A stretch of 64,000 nucleotides of DNA from Myxococcales bacterium UBA1660 (GTDB lineage Bacteria; Myxococcota_A; Polyangia; Polyangiales; Houyiibacteriaceae): NCBI GenBank assembly GCA_002320815.1, contig DCLA01000024.1:767-64766 (forward strand). The letters are read 5' to 3'. The notes below the pieces were generated by a model. The model saw only the letters and a program-made list of their open reading frames with translations, did not search any database and was not told the origin of the DNA. A program made the translations under genes and the position numbers. Below, in pieces: positions 44,529 to 52,652 of this stretch (within the stretch, counting starts at the first letter, position 1; the number at the start of each line of letters is the position of its first letter).

Positions 44529-45833
44529 TCAGGCGTCGTCGTCGGCCGAGTCCCCCTCGGCGGGACCGTCGGCGACCTCTTCGTCGGCGAGCTCGCCCTC
44601 GTCGGCCGAGTCGTCGCCGCCGTCCTCGGCCAGCTCCTCGCCCAGCGCGTCTTCCTCGGCGTCTTCGTCCGCGTCCTCTTCCTCGGCCACGCCGACGAAG
44701 GGCAGGAGGGAGACGCCACCCAGGCGCGCCGCGAGCCAGCGCACCGGCTCGGGCTGCTCGATGAAGGCGGCCAGGAGCTCCGCCTCCGGCCCCTCGGCGC
44801 CTTCCAGGTCGTGGGCCTCGAAGTCGGGGCTGTCCACGAAGACCTGCTCCTGCCCATCGGCGCTCACCACGCGCACCTCGAGCTCCAGGTCCTGCTCGAC
44901 CCGCGGGCGCGGCATGCGCAGGCGCCGGCGACGGTTGGCCGGCCCCCGCAGGGTGCCGTAGCGCGCCCGGCGACCGGGGCCGCTCCAGTCGACCCACTGG
45001 GTGCGGTTCCGGCGGGCGTCGACATGGACGAACGAGCTGCGCGGGTAGAAGCCGCAGCCGGCGTGGTTGATGCGCCGGCAGTACTCCCAGACCGCCCGGT
45101 GGGGCACGCCGGAGATGCGGATGTCGGTGGCGCGCCCCTTGGTGTGGCGGCTGCTCTCGCGGGTGCGGCCGCCCGCCGAGCGGTAGCCGCTGACGATGCG
45201 GATGGGTCGCCCGCCGAAGTGGTCGGAGATCCGCGCGAGCAAGAGCGCCAGGCGCGGGTTGGCCGCCGGGACGCGGTCGTCGTCGCTGCGCGCGAGCAGC
45301 TCCCGGAGCGCCGCGACGCCTTCCTGCAGGACGCGCCCCTCGCCGTCCACGAGCTGCACCTCGCGGCGCTCGGAGCGCCGCAGGAAGGTGACCCGGCCCG
45401 GGTGGTCGGCCTCGCCGTAGTCCCGGTTCAGCTGCTCCTCGGGGGTGTGCCCGGGCATGACGATACGCTGTCCGGGCCGGATGCGCGCGTTGCGCCGGAG
45501 CCGGTTGGCGCGCCGGAGCTCGTCGACGCCCACGTGCATCCGGTGGGCGATGTGGCTCAGGGTCTCTCCCCGCCGCACGTAGGTCACGCCGCGGTCGGGG
45601 ATGGTCAACGACTGCCCCGGCCGGAGCCGCGCGCTGCGGAGCTGGTTGGCGGCGCGGAGGTCGGACACCGAGACCCGGTAGCGCCGCGCGATGGCCGCCA
45701 GGGTCTGGCCCGAGCGCACCGTGTGGTGCCGCTCGGCGAGCGCCTGCGCGGGCCAGAGGGACCCCAGCACGAAGGCGAGCCCCAGAGCGCGGAGCGCCCA
45801 GCCGGAGAGCCGATTCCTCGGTGCGTTCGTCAT
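44529..45833 (-). CDS. Secreted LysM x2 + peptidase M15A (YcbK/DUF882-like) cell-wall hydrolase with acidic C-terminal tail
   Basis: ATG 45833 (MTNAPRNRLSGWALRALGLAFVLGSLWPAQALA). LysM repeats HTVRSGQTLAAIARRYRVSVSDLRAAN and YVRRGETLSHIAHRMHVGVDELRRAN. Zn ligand pattern SSRHTKGRATDIRI...SFVHVD. The last ~60 aa are D/E-rich. Confidence 0.85.
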   Translation of the reverse strand: MTNAPRNRLSGWALRALGLAFVLGSLWPAQALAERHHTVRSGQTLAAIARRYRVSVSDLRAANQLRSARLRPGQSLTIPDRGVTYVRRGETLSHIAHRMHVGVDELRRANRLRRNARIRPGQRIVMPGHTPEEQLNRDYGEADHPGRVTFLRRSERREVQLVDGEGRVLQEGVAALRELLARSDDDRVPAANPRLALLLARISDHFGGRPIRIVSGYRSAGGRTRESSRHTKGRATDIRISGVPHRAVWEYCRRINHAGCGFYPRSSFVHVDARRNRTQWVDWSGPGRRARYGTLRGPANRRRRLRMPRPRVEQDLELEVRVVSADGQEQVFVDSPDFEAHDLEGAEGPEAELLAAFIEQPEPVRWLAARLGGVSLLPFVGVAEEEDADEDAEEDALGEELAEDGGDDSADEGELADEEVADGPAEGDSADDDA

Positions 45834-45923
45834 ACGTGGGGTCGCCCCGTTGCCGGGCGAGGGTCCGGAGTATGACGGATCCCGCGCGCCTCGCCACGGG
45901 GCCCGACCATTGCCTCCCAGCCA

Positions 45924-46463
45924 TTGCCCCCGCAGCGCCGATCCGTTATGACGCGGCGCACCATGCGTTACCGGGTCACCCTCGAAGGCACCGAGCGAGA
46001 CATCGACGTTCAGATCGCCCCCGGCGGCTCGGTGGCGGTCACCGTGGACGGCGAGCCCGTCGACGCCGATGTCCGCCGCATCCCCGGCGGCGTGAGCCTC
46101 ACCCTCGACGGCAAGGTCTTCGACGTCCTCGTCGGGGGCCCCGCGGAGTCCATGGACCTCGCGGCCGGCGTGCTTCGCGGCACGGCCAGCGTGGAGTCGG
46201 AGCGGAACCGCTCGCGGAAGAAGAAGGGCGGCGCCGCCGGCGACTCGTCCGAGATCCGCGCGCCGATGCCCGGTCGCATCGTGAAGATCCTCGTCGCCGC
46301 CGGCGACACCATCGAAGCGGGCGCGCCCGTGGTGGTGGTCGAGGCGATGAAGATGGAGAACGAGCTCCGCGCCGAGAAGGCCGGCAAGATCGCCGCCGTC
46401 GAGGTGGAAGAGGGTCAGGCCGTCGAGAGCGGCACCCTCCTGGTCAAGCTCGCCGACGAGTGA
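45924..46463 (+). CDS. Stand-alone biotin/lipoyl-attachment (BCCP-like) domain protein
   Basis: C-terminal IRAPMPGRIVKILVAAGDTIEAGAPVVVVEAMKMENELRAEKAGKI with the AMKM biotinyl-lysine motif. The true start may be ATG 45948 or 45963. Confidence 0.8.
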   Translation: MPPQRRSVMTRRTMRYRVTLEGTERDIDVQIAPGGSVAVTVDGEPVDADVRRIPGGVSLTLDGKVFDVLVGGPAESMDLAAGVLRGTASVESERNRSRKKKGGAAGDSSEIRAPMPGRIVKILVAAGDTIEAGAPVVVVEAMKMENELRAEKAGKIAAVEVEEGQAVESGTLLVKLADE

Positions 46464-46529
46464 GCCCACGCCGGGTGCCGGCGAAACATTCGGGCTCCCT
46501 CGTCCGTTGGAGGCTATGAAGATCGAGGG

Positions 46530-47300
46530 ATGAGCACCGACGACCGCCGCGCCAAGGGCCCCGAGCGCCCTGCCGAGCCCGCCGCCAAGAGCGGCCTCGG
46601 CAAGCTCTTCCCCAAGCGCTACGACCCCCTGACCAGCCTGGTCCTCGTGGTGCCGGTCTTCGTGATCTACCACCTGGGCATCCTGCTCATGGACCGGCGC
46701 AACGGCGTCGATCTCGCCAGCACCCTCTTCTTCGGCGTGCTGCGGCAGAGCGTGGGGCTCTACGTCGGGCTCACCCTGGCCATCGGCGCGGCGCTCATCG
46801 GCGCGGGCTTCTATCTGCGGAAGAAGGGCAAGGCGCGGGTCTTCGCCTTCGTCCCCGTGCTCCTGGAGAGCTTCGTCTGGGCCATCGTGATGACCTTCAC
46901 GGTCGGCTGGCTGACGGCGCAGGTGCTGCCCGATCCGGCGCTCCAGGTCGGCGCGAACCCGCTGGGGCCCATCGACAAGATCGTGATGAGCTGCGGCGCG
47001 GGCTTCCACGAGGAGCTCGTCTTCCGGGTGGTGATCTTCGGGGGCCTGGGGCTCCTCTTCCGGCGCGTGCTGAACCTCCGGGCCACCCTCTCGTTCGCGC
47101 TGGCGCTGGTGATCTCGTCCGCGATCTTCAGCGGGATCCACTACGTCGGCGAGCTCGGGGACGAGTTCACCCTGGCCAGCTTCGTCTTCCGCTTCTTCGC
47201 CGGCGTGTATCTCGCCTTGCTCTATCGCTTCCGTGGATTCGCCGTCGCGGTCTATGCTCACGCGCTCTACGACGTGATGGTCCTGCTCTTCCTGAGCTGA
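46530..47300 (+). CDS. CPBP-family (CAAX-protease-like) intramembrane glutamic endopeptidase
   Basis: Polytopic membrane protein with all three CPBP motifs: HEELVFR (EExxxR), FSGIHY (FxxxH) and HALYD (HxxxN/D). Confidence 0.85.
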   Translation: MSTDDRRAKGPERPAEPAAKSGLGKLFPKRYDPLTSLVLVVPVFVIYHLGILLMDRRNGVDLASTLFFGVLRQSVGLYVGLTLAIGAALIGAGFYLRKKGKARVFAFVPVLLESFVWAIVMTFTVGWLTAQVLPDPALQVGANPLGPIDKIVMSCGAGFHEELVFRVVIFGGLGLLFRRVLNLRATLSFALALVISSAIFSGIHYVGELGDEFTLASFVFRFFAGVYLALLYRFRGFAVAVYAHALYDVMVLLFLS

Positions 47301-47324
47301 CCCCGCCCCTGCGCCCCGAATCCC

Positions 47325-48746
47325 TTGCCTCGCATCCTCCTCGCCCTCCTGGCGGCGACGCTCGCGCTCCCCAGCCCGAGTCGCGCCGATTGGCTCCAGG
47401 TCCTCCCCAACTGCGCCATGGGGGACACCGTCCGGCGCCCCGGCCCCGCCGAGCTCCTCTATCCCCAGGCGGGTCTCGCGGCCTACGCCAATCCCGGCCA
47501 GCCCCTGGTGCTCCGGGTCAAGGTGCCCGCGCCGCTGACGCCGCCCCCGGGGGTCCAGCAGGAGCGCGCCCTCCGGGGTTGGCTCTTCGAGCTGGTGGAC
47601 GAGGACGCGATCGCGGTCGGCGGCGCCCGCCATCACTACCGGCTCCGGGTCGAAGACGTCCGACCCGACGGCCAGTCCACGCTGGTCTATCGGGTCACGG
47701 TCCAGCTCCCGCCCTGGCTGGCGCCGGGGACCTACGACGTGCGCCTCCGGGCGCCGGGCAGCGAGGACATCCGCGTGCGCGCCGGCGTCCGCATCGGGGC
47801 CGGGGCGCCGCGGCTGGGCACCCTCCGCGAGCTCCCCGCCGATCCCGGGGTGCTGCGGAGACTCCCGGTCGACGTCTGGCTCGTGGGCGAGCCGGACCCG
47901 GCAACCGCCGACGCGACCCCGGCGACCGCCGCGGCCACCGGCGCCGTCCCCTGGCTGGACCGGCGCCGCACCTTCGCCGTTCGCGTGGGCGACGACCTGC
48001 TCACCAGCGGCGGCTGCGACGACGTCCACCTGCCCTTCGCCGTCGGCGTGGCCCGGGTGGGCGGCGCCGTCGTCGAGGCTCCGCCCGTACCCCCGGTGGG
48101 CACGATGGCGTTCGCCGGCGAGACAGCTCCGGTCCCCACCGAGCCCGGCCTCCGGGCTCGCGGCGACGGCTGGGTCGCCCGGGGCGCGTCCCCGCTCGAG
48201 GTCTCGGTGGTCTTCCCCGAGGGAGACCGGGGCCTCGCCCTCCGCGGCGCGAGCGAGCGCCTCGGCTTCTGGCCCGGCACCCCGGTGCGCCCCCACGGGC
48301 AGCGCGCCAGCGTGGTCGGGCGATGGTCGGTCGCGCCGGGCGCGGCGCTCGGGGTGGTCCGCCTGGACGCCGATCCGCCGAGCCTCGAGGTGGTGGTCCC
48401 CTCCGCGCCGACCACCCACGGCCCCACCCCGGTCCGGGTGCGCAGCGAGGGCAGCGTCGCGCTGGCCTGGGAAGAAGACGGCACCGCGTACGTGCCGGGC
48501 GCGGGCGACCGCTCGGTCCCCCTCCACTTCCACTGGCTCGAGCGGCGCGAGGTCCACGCCCTGGCCATCGGCCCCCGGGGCGCGGCCACCCGCACGGCCA
48601 CCGTCACCGAGGTGGTCACCGAGCGCCCGGGCTGCAGCGCCAGCCCCGGTCGAGGGCCCGCCGGCCCCCTCCTGGCCCTCCTCGTCGGCGGCTTCCTTTG
48701 CGGAAGGCGCCGGCCGCGCTACACCCGTCGCCGCCCCCGGGAATAG
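47325..48746 (+). CDS. Secreted protein of unknown function with MYXO-CTERM-like C-terminal sorting tail
   Basis: TTG start 24 nt after the CPBP stop. Signal peptide MPRILLALLAATLALPSPSRA. C-terminus ERPGCSASPGRGPAGPLLALLVGGFLCGRRRPRYTRRRPRE (Gly-Cys, small residues, TM helix, Arg cluster). Confidence 0.75.
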   Translation: MPRILLALLAATLALPSPSRADWLQVLPNCAMGDTVRRPGPAELLYPQAGLAAYANPGQPLVLRVKVPAPLTPPPGVQQERALRGWLFELVDEDAIAVGGARHHYRLRVEDVRPDGQSTLVYRVTVQLPPWLAPGTYDVRLRAPGSEDIRVRAGVRIGAGAPRLGTLRELPADPGVLRRLPVDVWLVGEPDPATADATPATAAATGAVPWLDRRRTFAVRVGDDLLTSGGCDDVHLPFAVGVARVGGAVVEAPPVPPVGTMAFAGETAPVPTEPGLRARGDGWVARGASPLEVSVVFPEGDRGLALRGASERLGFWPGTPVRPHGQRASVVGRWSVAPGAALGVVRLDADPPSLEVVVPSAPTTHGPTPVRVRSEGSVALAWEEDGTAYVPGAGDRSVPLHFHWLERREVHALAIGPRGAATRTATVTEVVTERPGCSASPGRGPAGPLLALLVGGFLCGRRRPRYTRRRPRE

Positions 48747-48764
48747 CCCCGCGGGCTCCAACCG

Positions 48765-49271
48765 TTGCGAACCGTCTCCATGTCTCAGAGCCTCACCGCG
48801 AAGATCGTCCTGGCCCTGGCCCTCGTGGGCTGCGCCCAGACCATCCCCAACACCACCGTCGAGGACACGGCGGACAACCGGTCCGTGGTCTCCTTCATGG
48901 AGAGCTACCGCAAGGCCATGGAGGAACGGGACGTCCGGCGCCTCATGGAGATGGCCTCGCCCCAATACCTCGACGACAACGGGACCCCGAGCGGCGCCGA
49001 CGACATCGACTACGACACCCTCCGCGAGAACCTCGCCCTGTGGGCTCAGCGGGTCGACGACGTCCGCTACGACATCAGCTACCGGCGGATCACCTACGCC
49101 CCGGGCGACAAGGTGTACGTCGAGGTGCGCTACGGTGGGTCCTTCCACATCAGCCGCCCGGCCACCGAGGACGAGCAGTGGTCCCGGCGCCTCTCGAACC
49201 ACCGCCTGATCCTGCAGAAGCTCCCCGAGGCCGAGGGCGAAGACGAATTCCGCATCCTCTCGGGGATGTAA
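48765..49271 (+). CDS. Lipoprotein, SnoaL/NTF2-like fold suspected
   Basis: Lipobox LALALVGC. The pattern VVSFMESYRKAMEERDVRRLMEM... is typical of the N-terminal helices of NTF2-like domains. Call is by eye only. Confidence 0.6.
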   Translation: MRTVSMSQSLTAKIVLALALVGCAQTIPNTTVEDTADNRSVVSFMESYRKAMEERDVRRLMEMASPQYLDDNGTPSGADDIDYDTLRENLALWAQRVDDVRYDISYRRITYAPGDKVYVEVRYGGSFHISRPATEDEQWSRRLSNHRLILQKLPEAEGEDEFRILSGM

Positions 49272-49348
49272 GGGCCTCTCTTCGGCGCAGAATCGTCCGA
49301 AGCCATTGATGCGGGGGCCGCGAGTCGGCTAGGGTGCCGTTGTCCCGC

Positions 49349-50818
49349 ATGAGTGGCGACAAGAAGAAGCTCGGCAAAATCCTGCTGAAGCAGCGAGCGG
49401 TTACCCCCGAAGAGTTGCAGCGCTTGCTCGAACGGCAGGAGTCGCAGCCCGGGCATCGGCTCGCGTCCGTCGCCCAGAGCAGCGGTTCGGTGGCCCCCAA
49501 GGAGCTCCTCAAGGCCCTGAGCGAGCAGCACGGGGTGCCGGGGATCGACCTCGACCAGGTCGTCGTGCCCCTGCAGAACCTCGACCTGGTGCCCGAGGAC
49601 GTGGCGCGGCAGCACCTGATCCTCCCCATCCTGGTCAAGGAGGACCGAGTCTTCCTGGCCATGTCCGATCCGACCGACCGCCGGGTCATCGAGGAGATCG
49701 AGTTCGTCACCGGGCGCCGGGTCTTCCCCTACGTGGCCATCCACGACGCCCTCGCCGGGATCATCGGCAAGGCCTACGAGGGCAAGAAGCGCGGCGACGA
49801 GCACTACATCGGGCCCACGGTCCCGGCGGACTACCTCGAGTCCCTGGGGCTCGCGCCGACCTCGGGCCGCCCCTCGGAACCGCCCAACGAGCCCTCGGGC
49901 GTGGTCGTCGACCGCGCCATCGCCGACGGCGGGCTCGACCACGACGACGAGCTCGGCCTGGCCGAGCTCACGAAAAAAGCCTCCGCTCCCCACGACCCCT
50001 TTGCATCTCAGGTGGCGCCGATGCCCACCGAAGGAGCCGTCCGCGTGCGCCCCGCCAGCCCGAAGATCCTCGTCGTCGACGACGAGGACGACATCCGCAA
50101 GATGCTCAGCCGGGTGCTCCAGAAGAAGGGGTTCGAGGTGCTCGAGGCGTCCAAGGGGCTGCAGGCGCTCCAGCTCGTGCGGGAAAGCACGCCCGACGTA
50201 ATCCTCCTCGACGCGATGCTCCCCGAGGTCCACGGCTTCGACATCTGCCGCCGGATCAAGGGCTCCAAGCGCTACGGGCACATCCCCATCATCATGGTCA
50301 GCGCGATCTACCGGGGTTGGCGCGTCGCCGAGGACCTGCGCACCAGCTACGGCGTGGACGCCTTCCTGGAGAAGCCCTTCAAGATCGGCGAGGTCGTGGC
50401 CCACGTCGAGCGGGTGCTCGAGGGTCGCGCCTCCGAGCTCCCGATGGACGACATGCTGAGCCGCGAGGCCAGCGACGCGCTCGAGCGGGGCATGGACATG
50501 TACCGCCAGGGCGACCTCGACGGCGCCATCGACAAGCTGCGCTCCGGGCTCAAGATCGACCCGCTGAGCTTCCAGCTCCACTACCACCTGGGCCTGCTCT
50601 GCGGTCGCCGCGACGACGTCTTCGAGGCCATCCACGAGCTGGAGACGGCGGTGGACCTGCAGCCCCGCAACTTCAGCGCTCTGAAGAACCTGGCGATCCT
50701 CTACCAGCGCGCCGGCTTCAAGCACAAAGCGGTCGAGATGTGGGAGCGGAGCCTGGGCGCGGCCACCGACGAAGGCACCCGCCAGGGCATCAAGGAACAC
50801 CTGATGAGCTTGCTTTGA
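49349..50818 (+). CDS. Response regulator with N-terminal T2SSE_N/MshEN-like domain, receiver domain and C-terminal TPR
   Basis: N-terminus KLGKILLKQRAVTPEELQRLLERQ (GspE/PilB N-domain type). REC domain KILVVDDEDDIRKML...DVILLDAMLPEVHG...KPF. C-terminal TPR-like repeats. Confidence 0.8.
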   Translation: MSGDKKKLGKILLKQRAVTPEELQRLLERQESQPGHRLASVAQSSGSVAPKELLKALSEQHGVPGIDLDQVVVPLQNLDLVPEDVARQHLILPILVKEDRVFLAMSDPTDRRVIEEIEFVTGRRVFPYVAIHDALAGIIGKAYEGKKRGDEHYIGPTVPADYLESLGLAPTSGRPSEPPNEPSGVVVDRAIADGGLDHDDELGLAELTKKASAPHDPFASQVAPMPTEGAVRVRPASPKILVVDDEDDIRKMLSRVLQKKGFEVLEASKGLQALQLVRESTPDVILLDAMLPEVHGFDICRRIKGSKRYGHIPIIMVSAIYRGWRVAEDLRTSYGVDAFLEKPFKIGEVVAHVERVLEGRASELPMDDMLSREASDALERGMDMYRQGDLDGAIDKLRSGLKIDPLSFQLHYHLGLLCGRRDDVFEAIHELETAVDLQPRNFSALKNLAILYQRAGFKHKAVEMWERSLGAATDEGTRQGIKEHLMSLL

Positions 50819-50983
50819 CGCGGCTCGGCTCGAGAAACGGGCCAAGGAGCGCGCGCTCCACGGTTTCCCTCATGAAACGGCCCCTCGCGAGGGTCTTCCC
50901 GAGAGCCGTCTCCGGTCCAAAATCCGTGAGGCGGTTCGCGTGAGAGCTCTCATGGTCTATAGTCCCCCGCACAGCGCTGCCCG

Positions 50984-52531
50984 ATGAAGTTCCTCTGCGA
51001 CAACTGCAAGGCCAAGTACCAGATCCCGGACGAGAAGATCCGGGGTCGCACCCTGAAGATGAAGTGCCGCAAGTGCGAGCACCCCATCCTCATCAAGGGC
51101 CCCCAGGAGGCCGCCGCCGCGGCTCCCGCCGCGCCCCGCCGCCCGGCCAGCAAGCCCACGGCGAAGCCCGCCGCGCCCCGCCGTCGCGGCGGCTCGAGCG
51201 TCGGCCCCCGCCCCGTCAGCCGGCCGGCTCCCTCGACCGCCGCCGCCAGCGCCCTCGGCGCCGAGTTCCGCCGGAGCGGCTCCCTCGCGCCGGAGCCCGC
51301 GCCGCAGAAGACCGCCGTCGAGTGGTACGTGGCGATCAACGACGTCCCCGTCGGCCCGGTGAAGCGCGACGAGATGGCCCGAAAGATCGGGACCGGCGCC
51401 GTCCACGGCAAGAGCCTCACCTGGCGTGAGGGCATGGACGATTGGAAGCCCCTGGAGCAGATCCCGGAGCTGGCCTCGCTCCTGGCCTCCCGTCGGGTTC
51501 CCGCGCCGCCGCCCCCGGTCGCCGGCGGACCGACCGCCAAGGAGGCCTCCGGGCGCTCCAACGTCGTGCCCATCGGCGGCCGCATGGGCGCCACCGCCTA
51601 CGACGACGACGACGAGAAGACGATGATCGCCGCGATCCCGACGGCGGCCCCGGACCCCAGCTCCCCCGACCTCACGCCGCTCCCCATCGGTGAGCCGGCC
51701 GTCGCCGCCGCGATCACCGCGCCCGCGACCGACGTGGGTGGCTTCCAGCAGGCGCCCCCGGCGGTGATGGAGCCCGCCTCGCCGGCCCTCACGCCCGCCC
51801 AGCCCCAGCAGTCCCGCGGGCTCCCGCCGCCCCTGCTCATCGCGCTGGTCGGCGCCGGCGCCTTCGGCGTGGCCCTGGCGGTCATCGCCGGCAAGAAGAT
51901 GTTCGCCGACGAGCCGGCGGTGGTCGCCGCCGTCGAGGATCCCCTGGACCAGGTCGAGGACTACGACCCGGACCTGGAGATCCCCGAGGAAGAGGTCCCC
52001 GAAGAGGAGACCCCCGAGGAGGAGACTCCCGAGGAGGAGACCCCCGAGGAGGAGACCCCCGCGGCCGAGAGCGGGACCCGCACCACCCGGCGCGCGACCA
52101 CCACCGCGATGACCGGCACCAGCACCATGGCGCTGAGCGCCGAGCAGCAGGCCCTCCTGGCTCGCTATGGCGGCAGCGGCGCCTCCGACCCGAGCCTGAT
52201 GAACGTGAACGTGGGCACCGGGTCGAACAGCAACCGCCCCGAGCTCGACGCCTCGGCCGTGCGGCGCGTGGTGAGCGCCTCGAGCAACCAGCGCGCGCTG
52301 CGACGCTGCTACGAGACCGCCATCCGCGGCGCCAGCGACGCGCCGAGCGTCCGCATGGACGTCGAGGTCCGGGTGGGTGCCTCGGGCACCGTCACCCGGG
52401 TGTCGGCCGTGGGGCAGGACTACAACGGACTCAAGAGCTGCATCGAGCAGGCCGTCCGGCGGTGGCGCTTCCCGGCCTCCTCGGCGGGCGGCGAGACCCG
52501 CTTCCCGGTCGTCTTCTCGCCCGCGGGCTGA
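50984..52531 (+). CDS. GltJ/AgmX-like protein: Zn-ribbon + GYF_2 domain + TM + AgmX/PglI (TonB-C-like) C-terminal domain
   Basis: MKFLCDNCKAKYQIPDEKIRGRTLKMKCRKCEH (MJ0042-type zinc ribbon). EWYVAINDVPVGPVKRDEMARKIGTGAVHGKSLTWREGMDDWKPLEQIPEL (GYF_2). TM helix LLIALVGAGAFGVALAVIAG. C-terminus RALRRCYETAIRG...VRMDVEVRVGASGTV...LKSCIEQAVRRWRFP. Confidence 0.8.
   Translation: MKFLCDNCKAKYQIPDEKIRGRTLKMKCRKCEHPILIKGPQEAAAAAPAAPRRPASKPTAKPAAPRRRGGSSVGPRPVSRPAPSTAAASALGAEFRRSGSLAPEPAPQKTAVEWYVAINDVPVGPVKRDEMARKIGTGAVHGKSLTWREGMDDWKPLEQIPELASLLASRRVPAPPPPVAGGPTAKEASGRSNVVPIGGRMGATAYDDDDEKTMIAAIPTAAPDPSSPDLTPLPIGEPAVAAAITAPATDVGGFQQAPPAVMEPASPALTPAQPQQSRGLPPPLLIALVGAGAFGVALAVIAGKKMFADEPAVVAAVEDPLDQVEDYDPDLEIPEEEVPEEETPEEETPEEETPEEETPAAESGTRTTRRATTTAMTGTSTMALSAEQQALLARYGGSGASDPSLMNVNVGTGSNSNRPELDASAVRRVVSASSNQRALRRCYETAIRGASDAPSVRMDVEVRVGASGTVTRVSAVGQDYNGLKSCIEQAVRRWRFPASSAGGETRFPVVFSPAG
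51986..52060 (+). repeat. 15-bp in-frame tandem repeat x5 encoding EEEVP(EEETP)4
   Basis: gaggaagaggtcccc / gaagaggagaccccc / gaggaggagactccc / gaggaggagaccccc / gaggaggagaccccc. Confidence 0.9.
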
Positions 52532-52567
52532 GCCGCGGCGGCTGAGCGGGTCGAGCCGCGCTGAACA

Positions 52568-52652
52568 GGCTGAGCCGCGTCGCTCGGCCGCGAAGCATGC
52601 GGGCTGCCGCACCGAGCGGCTGAGCCGCGTCGATCAGCCGCGGAGCATGCGG
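52568..52652. repeat. 35-nt imperfect direct repeat (2 copies, 15-nt spacer) in a convergent intergenic region; the second copy is the 3' end of the minus-strand gene
   Basis: ggctgagccgcgtcgctcggccgcgaagcatgcgg (52568-52602) versus ggctgagccgcgtcgatcagccgcggagcatgcgg (52618-52652), 32/35 identical. Further GGCTGAGC(C/G)G copies occur at 52527 and 52540. Confidence 0.8.

Noticed and set aside
44529-49202. 1557-aa minus-strand ORF, the longest in the track
   Set aside because: Only its last 434 codons (44529-45833, LysM-M15A peptidase) look like protein. The rest is Arg/Gly/Ala/Pro-rich antisense shadow of four plus-strand genes that have clear domain motifs and GC3 bias.
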